Below are positions 28,101-40,100 of a stretch of 64,000 nt of DNA, in pieces; the stretch's first letter is position 1; every line of letters begins with the position of its first letter. The translations under genes and the position numbers were made by a program. The notes beneath the pieces were generated by a model. The model had not been told where the DNA came from. It saw only the letters and a program-made list of their open reading frames with translations, and made no database searches. Source of the DNA: Hemiscyllium ocellatum (lineage: Eukaryota); contig NC_083417.1 of the NCBI RefSeq assembly GCF_020745735.1, forward strand, positions 38,192,001 to 38,256,000. The letters run 5' to 3'.

Positions 28101-31100
28101 GTGGCGCATAGTGACTCATGGATGTCCAGTCTTGAGTTGTAGATCACTTTGAAACCTATTCCATTCCCCACAGCAAAATGGAGAGCAACCTCAATATGAA
28201 AACAGGGCTGTGTCACCTGAAGGACTAGGTGGTGTTCATTCCTACTGGTATTGAATGTATGTACCTGCTACAGGTAGATTGGTGGGGATGAGGTCAAGTA
28301 TGTTGTAAGGCCAGTTTTACAGTGGTGGGGTGGGGTGATGGGGTGGTGTTAAGGGAGGGGCAAAGAATGGTAGTTGGCAGTGAGATTTCATAAGGACCAG
28401 AGTAAATGTTAAGGGGCAACTCCCTCCTGACTGTGTTGCCATCTCTGGAAATGGTGATGAGTGACTGCTGATGGAAGATTTGGTGACGTCTGTAGGATTT
28501 TATCAAGCTGGTCTGTGGAGCAACCCACAATTTTTACACAAGCTCACTCCTAAGATTAGTAAAGAGGACTTTGCAGGGTTGACTGGGATGGGTGCATTCT
28601 TGTTGTTTTTGGCAATGCCATAATGTCACTCCTTTTATTATATTTTGTCGCAGTTAGATACAACTGAGTGACTTGCTAGATCACTTCAAGAGGGGAGTAA
28701 AGACTCAATCACATTGTTCAGAGTCAATCACATTACTATGAGTCTGGAGTCACATGTAGACCAGACAAAACAAGGAATGCAGATTTATTTTCCTAAAGGG
28801 CATTAATGAGTCAGACTTGTTTTCACAGATTTGTTTCCACAAAGCTTTTCACTGTGTCTCGGTACACGTGACAATATATTCAATTCAATTCAATTGTTTT
28901 TATGACATTCGACAATGGTTTTATGGTGACTAAAAGACAAGTTTCTAATTCCAGATTTATTAATTGAACTAATAATTCACCATGTAACATGGTGGGATTC
29001 AAACTTGTGTCCACCAGCACTAGCCTAGGCCAACAGCACTATGACAATACTAACATTAGGACATATGAACTGGGCCACTGACTCCCTGTTGACCTGTAGG
29101 AAGAGATACAGAGAATTGACCTAAGGCTGGGTTATGAAATTGGGATTTTGAGGAGGTAACAGGCAATGGGGTTTTAGATCAGAATTCCAAAATATCGGGA
29201 TAGCACGATTGCTAGTTATGGGTGGAATGCTCATGAAGGTAGAGTTTCCAGGCAGAATTATAGGGAGTTAGAGAAATTAGAAACAATAAAATGATTGGCA
29301 AATTCAAATTAGAAGGATGAGAATTAATTTGAGGCACTGCTGGATCCAGAGCCAACATGGGAAGAAGGAGTATTGGATGATGGATGAATGCAGGCAGGGG
29401 AGTTTGCCGAGTTGAAATTTAATGAATTATGAAGCCTACCAGGAGAACATTGGAACAGCCAAACCTATGTGACAGGGGCATGGATGGAAGTTTTAGCAAT
29501 GGCTGTGTTTGCTGATACCAGCATATGTGAACCATGCACTGCTTTAAATTACGTTGAGGTTGGGGTTTGTTGGGGTGGGAAGGAGGGAAGACTGGGAGGA
29601 GCATAGAATAAGAGTGTCTGCCCGCCCACCAAAACTGTCCCATGCACCCATTCCCCACCACTGAAGCCCTATTCAAATTCTTGTGCACAATACTTTTGCA
29701 TGTGATGTCACACATAAACTACATCTATGTGATGACACTGTATTTGGAACTGTGCACATGCACATTTCTAAATGAGCTCACATGTGTAGTTGCCCTCAGT
29801 TGCCAGTGTCAGCAAACATTGCCTTAAAGTTAATAACATTGAAAGTTTTGTATTTAATAAGATAGTATTCGTGACTTCAAGATGTTCCAAGCACTTTGCA
29901 CCCAATAAAATATGTTTCATGTGTAGTCACTTGTGATGTGAAAATCTGCCAAACAACTTGAACACAGCAATAAGGTTACAGGCCAGATAATCTTTCTTAA
30001 TGATGTAACTTGAGGGATAACTATTGACAAGATAGCTTATTTGAATATTAACATGAAATCTTCTAAAACTTCCTGAGAGAGTACACAGGCCTTAGTTTTA
30101 TGCCGAATCCAAATGATAGTGCACTATCTGCTAGCACGGCAGAAAGTCAGCCTGAAGTATGTGCTCAAGGCTAATCTAGAATTGACTGACTCAGAGATGA
30201 TAATGTTACACAGCAATAGCTGACATCACAATGAGTGGCCTGCACCACTGTGGCACATAAAGAATCTGCCTCAAGACACACATTTTCAGAGTTTGCTCAC
30301 AGTCACTTGATAGTCCTATACCAACCGAAGTTGTTTATGGGACCTGCAGGTAACTATGTTAGATCATTTTTTTCTAAACTATGTAAATACCAGATTAATA
30401 CAATCAAGTATTTTCATTTTTTGTTACTGTTTAAGAAACTTCAATATCAAATGTCTGAATTGTAACAAAAATAGATATTTCCGGTTTCTAGCTTCCATGG
30501 ATTTTTAAAATCTTTAAAATATTAGCCACAATATAAATGTATCAATTGCAGAACAACTCAATTTGAAAACAAAAAAGCAACCATAATATTTAATGTATGC
30601 ATATGCCAAGGTTGTTGACAGCATCATTGTTGCTGGAAAAGCACAGCAGGTCAGGCAGCATCTGACGAGCAGGAGAACCAACATTTCAGGCAAGAGTCCT
30701 TCATCAGGAATTGAGGGGGTGGAGAGATAAATGAGAGGGAGGGGATAGGTCTGGGGGGAAGGTAGCTGAGAGTGCAGTAGGTCGATGGAGGTGGGGGAGA
30801 AGGTGATAGGTGAGAGAGGAGAGTAGAGTGGATAGGTGGGAAGGAAGGTGGACAGGTCGTGAGGGCAGTGTCAAGTTGGAAGGTTGGAACTGGGATGAGG
30901 TGGAAGAAGGGTAAGTGAGGAAATTGGTGAAGTCCACATTGATGCCATGTGGTTGGAGGGTCCCAAAGTGGACACATTCTCCTAGCATCATTTAAATGCA
31001 ATGCATGACACTTTAGTCAATTAATTTAATATTAAACATAAATCTACTAAAGTCTTATTGCTGTACCTTTAAAAGATAAAATGACCAAGTCACCAAAATT

Positions 31101-34100
31101 CTAGAGCATTCCCAATTCTTCGAGTTCATATATGAAAAATACATTTTAATACCTCAGTGTTTTGACTCTTGGGAAAACGGACTCGAGTCTTTGGAAACCC
31201 AAAGGTCCAGCTTTACATCCATCTAATTCTAGTGTTTCGATTGTTGTATGGTAAGACAGAAGATTTGCAATTGCAGTGCAGTCAGTCACATTCAATGAGA
31301 TGTAAGAAAAGTTTACAGTATCACTAGTTTGGGAAGCAACTTGTTGTGTTAAATTTTCATTTGCTGCTTCATAGAGACAATGTGAGGCTGTAAGTTTTTG
31401 TCTTTTGTGTGCTGTGTACTTTACAATGTTTTCTGGAGTCAGCGTGTCTTCTTTAGGAACTTCAACTGCAGCAACATTTTTGATAGCATCAAATACTTCC
31501 CTATCTTTAACCTGATAATTAGGTACCAATTGCTTCACAAGTTTTCTGTTGCTGAGAGACACCAGGCCAGCAGTGAACCTCAGTACAATCTCAAACACAC
31601 TACTTTTTGAACTGAAGGCTTTATGAACATGATTCACTCCAGGTTCATTTGCAGAAATGCAATACAGTGCTGCGAAAAACTCTTGGTGCGTCAAGTGGAA
31701 AAATTGCCAAATGTGAGACTGCATCATCTTCAGGCTTTCTTTGGTGAGAATTTTTTTCCAGAAGGAATTTTTGCTTTGAGTGATATTCTTTTCAACATCT
31801 TTTGCTGAGAATATTATTGTTTTATTGGTGACTCCATCCCATGCAAGTTGTGCTAATTTAATGATCTCATTTTTGTCTTCATCATCTTCTAAGCAGAAGG
31901 ACTCAGGGTCTTCTTCCTCATCATTGTTACAGACCAATAAACACTTGGTAAATCTGAGGAACAAATCTGTGATTGTCCTGGGAAAGGAAGACAGCTGAGA
32001 CCACTTGCCTTTACAGTGAAAGGACTTGTGGAGGTAGAAACACAGAATGTCACAAAATGCAGGAACATAGCAAAGTCCAAATAAGGAATCAATGCTCTTC
32101 ACCTTTTGAAAGACACGCTCAGCAGCCATTTTATCCTTGAGACACTTCACAAACTATGCAGCAATTTCATTTTTGGAAAATCCTAAAATTTCAGCACAAC
32201 GATTAAAATATGCTTTGTTATCCAAATCAATTGTGGTTGGGCGGGATGTAATAAGGATGGTTGCGTTGTGAACAAGGTCTCCCTTTATGATACTTGCAAT
32301 CAAATGGTTCATGTGTTGAGCAATGGAGATGTCAACTTGTGAATAAATGCCAAAATCAAGAGAGGATTTGAATTCATCCAATCCATCAAATAAAAACAGA
32401 ATCCTACTGGGCCATTCTAATATCTTTGTGCACACTGCTCTCAGATGAGGGTAACTACGTATAATAAGCTCAGTTAGACTAATTTTCTCCTTGATTGTGT
32501 TCAACTCCCGAAAACTGAAATTCAGCAGTATATTAAACCCAGAATAAAGTGTTCCACAGGCCCAACTATGAGCGACTTTTTGCATCATAACACTTTTGCC
32601 TATTCCTGCCACTCCTTGCACTAGACAGACTCGTGGTGGTTTTTCCCCAGGTGCAGATGGGGAAAGGAGCTGTCTTAAATCAATACGTTCACATGCTGTA
32701 TAATCCCTGTGTTGTAGGAGTTCATGCTCTGTTTTATTCCTTTCTCGAACATTAAGAATGACTAAACTGGTGAAATGTTCTTGTAGCAAAGGTCTGGAGT
32801 TATCAAATGCAAAGTATGGTTTAATTCTCTCCATTTGTGCTTTTATTGTTCCTTTATGAATGGCCACAATTTCAGAGACTTCTGTAATTACAAGAGAAAA
32901 GTAATGAGTCATGGTGAAACTTGCATTTTCTCCTATAATGGACAAAGTCCCAGCAAATCTGACAGTGTCACCATACTTAATATGTTACAAATATTGTACA
33001 TTTACTTAATAAAAACAAATAAAGCAAACTTAATCTTTCTTGCTGCACAAGGTAGATTTATGTTGAATTAAAGAGATTAGTATTTGTGCCCATATGACAA
33101 CATCTGCTACAGGACTTTGCCCTCCAAAAAAGTTTATCTGAAAACAAAATAATTGGAACCTGAATAATGGAGGCTTACTTGTGTATTTAAAGGATTGTAA
33201 GGCATCTGATAAATTGTAGGTCATTTTAAGAATTCAAATATCTCTTGTAGAAAGATAATAAGGTACCCAATAAACTTGCTTAAACTGTAAAGTACTTCAT
33301 TCCACAATGTAATAAACACAGTATGCTATAAAAATGAACACTGGTGCACTCAGTATAAGACAACAAGACATCATGGAATTGAAAGCTGTCCTTTGTTTAA
33401 GTAGCTGATTCTTTTTGATGTACCATGCAGAATAATAATGGGATGGCTTCCATCCAACTGATGAAGGGCTTGTGCTCGAAACGTCGAATTCTCTATTCCT
33501 GAGATGCTGCCTAACCTGCTGTGCTTTGACCAGCAACACATTTGCAGTTCCATCCAACCTAATCCAGGAATCCATGATGTTTGCAATGTAAGTCAATTAG
33601 AACTTCAAAAAAAAAATCAGAGAATGAAATGTGCAGAATTTTTCAGTGTAACTGTGAACTTGATAAAACTGGGCACTACACAAGCCTATGACAATCAGTA
33701 GGGTGGAAGCATGCTACTGTGGAGTAGATGGCCTGGATTAGATAGTGACCTGAATGGTGAATGGGATAGCTGATGGGGAACATGATGAAGAGACCAATTT
33801 AGGAGGAGTGCCTGTAAGTAATTCTGGCTGGAAACTGATGTTGGGAGTTTCCTACCAAGATACCCACTTCCAAAATTGGGATGAAAATTGCTCTCTAAGT
33901 GTGAAGACATCAAACCAAGGAACATCAATACAGATGTGACAATGGGTCCAAGTCTTTCATCAAAATTAGTGAAATGAAACATTAGGATTATCTATATCAA
34001 TACAGATTTATCTATAATGAGTTTAAATTATGTTCCCATCAATATTAAATAATTTGCAAATCAATGGATCCAAGCTATTAACAATACTAGAATACTAAAT

Positions 34101-37100
34101 GTGGAGATGCCATTTGTTACTAACACCCAAGAACTTATCTTTTACAAATCATGCCTACCTTCAGGGAAATTGCTTATTTGGATTTTTTCATTGGTTCCCT
34201 CAAATGAAACAATTGGTAAGTTTTCATGGAGAAAATCAATACTTGGCAAGTCAACTTTGTCAGTGTAGGATTCCAGCAGTGTTGTTATAAACTGTTTTAA
34301 ACCAGGATAATAGTCTTCTGTGTCTTGCAGTACATTGAGAAAATTAGCACATGATTTCTGACCTCTGTGGCTCAGCATGTCGAGAAGAGTTCGCCCTTTA
34401 TCAACGTCTGGTTTATCTTTTATTGCATTGTGGTCATCTTCAGATATTATTTTCTTATTCACTAAAAGGTTTAAAAGTGGCAGTATATTTGGACTGATGT
34501 AATTTACCACTGTTCGACGACCTTCTTCTATAGCATTAATTGCCCAGTCAGCACGCTTCAATTGTGATGGAAAATATCCAGGATCCTCACAAGCACCTGT
34601 TCAGAATGTTACAAAATTATTAAAAATCAAACTAAGCTAAGTTTTAGAACTAATAGGACCATATTACACAAAATTGACTGACTTATAAAGTTTTTTTTTC
34701 AATTTTGTAACCTACTGCATTAACTTGTCTGGCAATTTTACATCATGGCTTGAAGTTCTAATTATTTCACAGATTAAGTAATGCAGATACAATATTTATT
34801 TCCCAAATAATCATACAAAGGTTGTTATTTTACCTATGTGTGTTTGACCTTCCAGTGAACAGGTATTGGGTTCCCCTTAAATGTTTGAAGCTATTGCTGC
34901 TAAAAAGGAGCTACCTCAATCCAGGGAACGTTCTTCTTCCAGAGTAACTCTAGGATACCTCCAAAACTGAGTAATGCAATTAATGTGCTAAAGGTTGCTC
35001 ACAATTACATTATCTACTTCAGGAACTTGTACATATAAGTCAGGGGTTTTTGCTGAGTTTTCTGGAACACAGTAGGTCAAAGTCATGGGAAATGGGGTAA
35101 ATTATTAAAAATAGCCAGTTCTGCCTTTCCTCCAAGGACCCCACGGTGTGTAAGTTGCTGGTATTTCAGGATCATAACTTGGAATGGAATATGAAATAAT
35201 CTTTCTCCTCTCTCTCTTGCATAAGACATTGACTCCTTGATCAAGTGCAGAACCATGGGTGTCTATTGGTTTCTGATACCAGATCCATTCTTTACAATTG
35301 AGCAGAGACTGATCTTGCACCATCTGACATTCACACTGGATGAACGGCAAGGATTGCTGCAAACAATTCAGATGCTGAGGTTAATTTTGGTCGCCCAACT
35401 CCTCTCTATCATGGACAAGCTAATTTTACAAAGGGCTAAAATTTAATCTTAGAACCTCTTACTGCTGAAGTAAACAAGTCAAGGGTGAGTTTTCTGATTT
35501 GTAAAGTTAGTTTCCAAAATGCTTAGAATATTTGGACAATATTGTAGAATTCTGTGCAGAGGAGCAGCATTTCTGGTTAAGGCAGGGTCCTCTCAATCTA
35601 AAATCCAGTGGAATTGGTTGCAGATAGAAGATGCTCCCTTTTTGCAGAGTGCCGCATGTTTGCAAACAACAGAATAAGAAGATCAGAATCTGCTCTCAGA
35701 AATTCCATCACTTAAACAAGAGTTATGGTTGACTCATTTCAAAACAAAAGAAAAGTTATTGAATTACCTGCTTGACCATTTCTATTTAAAACATAAACTT
35801 TGAAAAATAGAAAAAAACACCTATTTTCAGCTGGATATCATACATATTTTAAGTTGGTTTCCCACAATTTGAAGCAGGTAAAATTTTCATGCTCAGCTTT
35901 CTGTACTGGAGTTTTTAATCACAGTGTTCACCATGGGCATTCCCATAAGAGGAACTAGAAGAAATAACAAGGGCTTGCAGGCTAAGGCCACATCACTAGA
36001 AAAGGAGGAAAAACTTCCACCAGCACTAGCAAACCATTTCCCTCCAGGTAGTGCTGCATTGTCAACGTCATGTTGGATACTACGATTGAAAGTTGTCATG
36101 ATCCGTGCAATCTATCAAGTTGTCCAAAATGGCCCTCTTTGTGAATAAGATGTTCATCCAAATGGTTTAGTTTCGAACCACATCTTAACCAATTTGAGAA
36201 AACAGGCAGAAAAACGTCCAAAAAGCCTTTGCTTGTCACTATAAGATCTTAATTTCATCTTTGAATCCTCTGCAACTGTGAAAGTATTGTACACATACAA
36301 AAAGAGATTGCAGTGAAAGGTAAGGTGGCTTTAAATAGCTTGTCTTGGTTGCTTCGGTGAGGTTACGAAACTTCTTTTCACATTGCAAAGATGATCTACT
36401 TGTAGAAAGAGCAAACCACTATTATGGTAGAATTCTGGGCCCAGCCCCCAACAGATCATCATCAAGCTCCACATTTTTAATCGGAAAGTTGAATAGGATT
36501 TAAATGGAAAAAGATTTCTAAAGGCTGCAGTGCAGAAAAATTTTGGGGTTCTTGCGCATGAATCATAAACAGAAAAACCTAGTATTCAATCTCATAGAAT
36601 CCCTACTGAATCGCTACAGTGTGGAAACAGACCCTTTGGCCCAACAAGTCCACACCAATCCTCCGAACAGTAACCCACCCAGACTCATTCCCCTACCCTA
36701 TATTTACCCCTAACTAATACACCTAACCTACACATCCCTGACACCATGGACAATTCATATGGCCAATTCACCTAACCTGCACACCTTTGGATGTGGGAGG
36801 AAATCAGAGCACCGAGAGGAAACACAGGAGAATGTGCAAACTCCATACAGACAGTTACCCGAGGGTGTTCAGGAAAGGGACTGCAATGTTAGCCTTTATT
36901 TCAAAGGAAATAGGAGCATAAAAGTAGGAACAACATGATAAAATTATACAAGGCATTTGTCAGACCATAGCTGGAACACTGAATAGCTTTGATCCCTTAA
37001 TGGAAGAAAAAGTATACTGTCACTGAAAGGTTCACTCGGTTGATTCTGAGTATGAAGGGGTTTTTTTTGTGAGGAGAGGTTGAGTAAGTAGTGCTTGTAC

Positions 37101-40100
37101 TCACTGGAGTTTAGAATAATGACAGTGATCTTATTGAAACATACTGGATTGTTAGGGGTTTGACAGGGTAAATGTGGAGAGAGTGTTTCCCCTTGTGGGA
37201 GAATCTCTGACCAGAGGGCATAATCTCAGAGTGATGAGTCATTCATTTAAGACAGATAAGAGGAGGAATTTCTTCTCTCATGGGATAATAAGTCCGTGGG
37301 GTTCATTATCACAGAGGGTTGTAGAGACTGGGTCATCAGGACTGGGGGTAACGCAGGTATAGAGTACTGAGTTGAATGATCAGCCATGATCAGCTTGAAT
37401 AACAGCACAGGGTCAAAGGACTGAATGGCCTACTCCTGCTCCTAGTTTCTAAGTTTCTATACTCAAAGTTGAGATGGATAGATTTTTAACTAGCAAGACA
37501 ATCAAGGGTTAAAGGGATCAGGTAAAAGGGTAGAACTGAGGAATTATCAGTTCAGTTACGATTTCATGAAATGGTACAGCATACTTTATAGGCTGAATGT
37601 CAACTGCTGTTTCTACATCTTACTCTCTCAAGACCGTCATTAGAAAACATACAGGCCCAGCCCAAATTCTTTCTCCTGATGTTCATTATCGGTATCTTTG
37701 ATCTGTCTGTCACTGTTCCTGCTCAGATTTCTTGTTTTTAAGTCAACACACAGATAGACTTTTAAAGCAAGAGCAGTTTTTTAACCACAGCCATGCAACA
37801 AGATGCAGATCTCACTGCAAATAGTTTTGTCCAACATTTCCTAGTCTCCCTCTTCACTTTATCTTTTAAAATTGAGAAAAATGTAAGAGCAATGACCTGA
37901 CAACAGTTAAAACTTTTGTTTCCAGAAGAACCATTAGGTGCTTTGAAATTTTGAGACCAAATTAGTTTCAACAAATTGCTTAGCTTACAAAATAATGTTT
38001 CTGTAACTTACTACACAAATAACATTTACTCTTCAATTACCACTAGTTTTGTATAAAATCAGGAAAATGTTGAGAGAAATCTGCTTGCTGGAAGCCTGTT
38101 AATTGAGCCACACGTTCGATCATCATGTTTAAAGGCTGCTCTTTGAATCATTCCAACAGGAACACACTTTGTTTCTTTCTATTGCTGGACACTTCTTTCA
38201 CTGTTTATTCTCTTTACTAAATTAGACAAAGGAATTCACATTAAGGTTGTTGACATGGGTAAAAGGAGCAGCAGATCAGCTACCAAAACTGCAAACTTAG
38301 CAATCTAGTTAATATTCTGAGGCCCTGACAGTACCTTCTATTCACTTTATTTGGGACATATTGGCAACAAATTTTCAAATATACCGTAAATGTCATAGTG
38401 TGATGTTAAGAGATGAGTGTACAAGGTATCTGCATAACATTTCATTGACCATTATATTAAGTAAATAATTTACCCATGTAAAATAGGTTATTGCCCTACC
38501 TTCCATGACATCTACTAACTCCATTCCTGCCTCAGTTTATTTGCTGCTGAAACAGTCATCCATGCTTTTGTTACCTCTAGCCCTGACCTATCCAAAACTC
38601 TCCTGATTGCCCTCCCATATTCCACCCTTCATAAGCTTGACCTCATCGAAACTCTGGTGCCCATATCCTAACATGCAATAAGTCCTGATTATCCATCAGC
38701 CCTGTGTTTGCTGACCTTAGACTTTTAGACTTTTAGTCCCACAATGTCTCAATTTAAAACTCTAATACTTGTTTCAAACCTGCGCATGATCTTCCTGCTC
38801 AATATTGCTGTGAACTTCTCCAGACTATTCCCAGACTATTCTAATTCTGGTCTCCTGTGCATCTCCAACTTTAAGGGTTCCACCATTGGTGATCAGCTGC
38901 CTTAGTCCTAAAGCTCTGAAACTCTCTATCTTAACCTGTCTGCCTCTCTATTTCGTTCTCTCCTACCATACACAGCTTAACTCCTCACTCTGTGCCCAAG
39001 TTTTTGGTCAACTGTCCTAACATCTCCTACTATCTCAGAATCAAACTTTGTAACTCTCCTGTGAAGTGGCTTGGAAAATTTTATCATGTTAAATGTTTTA
39101 CGTTAAGTGTCAGTTGTACCTGTTATTAAAATATTAGACAGTGGAATTAAATTAAATATGTGAAGTCTTGTCTTCTAATATTACACACAATAATTTAAAG
39201 GCTATCATATGCATAGCTACGTACTGTCAAAGAATTCCTATTTTGTTATTTCATCAATTTTGACACTGACTAATACAATTCCAATTTTATTATGCAGTAA
39301 AATAAATGTAACTCACCTTTGGTTTCTAAAGCAATAACTTTTGAAATACTGTGTTTCAGAGCATCATGCTGGACTTCAAAAGAATATATCAGCTTTCTTT
39401 TTGTAGCTTCTGTATTTCTGAAGGTGAGCTGAGATACTAAACTGTATGCTCCACTTCCTTTGTGATTTTCTAAAGACATAGCAATGTCATGTTCTCCTTC
39501 CATGAAGTACATTGTTTTGTCCTGTTCACTCTGATAATAATCCCCGAGTTTTCTGTATTCCAATTGTTTTACAGATGACGAGGTGCTGTTCCATTTGCTG
39601 ATGAGAACTCTCTGGAAGTTACCCTCTTCTTCTCTGTACCAAGAGACTTTGACAGCTTTCGGCTTGAACCAGAGAACTGCACAAGCCAGAGAGACTGAAT
39701 CATCTGTACGGAAATAGTTTGGTTTGATGATGTCTGTCACTTTTGGAGCAACTGAAAAAAAGAACAAAGAGGAACAGAATCTCTTAAACAAACTGCCATT
39801 CTTGTAATGTGCTGTATTGATCATTTTCCTAGCTTTTGAACTTAGTTTTGTGCACCATTTTCTTTGGGTAGGCACTCAGAGATATTTTTTGTAAGCAAAT
39901 GCATTATATTGTATCAATTGTATGATGTAAACCAATGTATTAGGTACATTTGTATTGCATTGCAACAAAATCAGCCAGGTGGACCTCAGAATATGAGTTC
40001 CCTGATTGGATCAGATTAGCAGCCCCAATCAGGGAGCCCTGGCTGATACAGAGCTGGCTCTGAAGGAGCTGGATCAGTGTCAAGAGCTCTCCATGTGTAA

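Noticed and set aside
35768-35781. 14-nt micro-exon candidate AAATGGTCAAGCAG (minus) with good AG/GT sites and an ATG
   Set aside because: It ends in phase 0, which is incompatible with the phase-1 CARD acceptor (stop soon after). It could only be a UTR exon or chance.
35893-36280. Hydrophobic ORF 35893..36099 as a TM exon, and a phase-1 acceptor near 36276
   Set aside because: The nearby strong acceptor opens the hydrophobic frame only in phase 2. The phase-1 frames stop early with no suitable donor.
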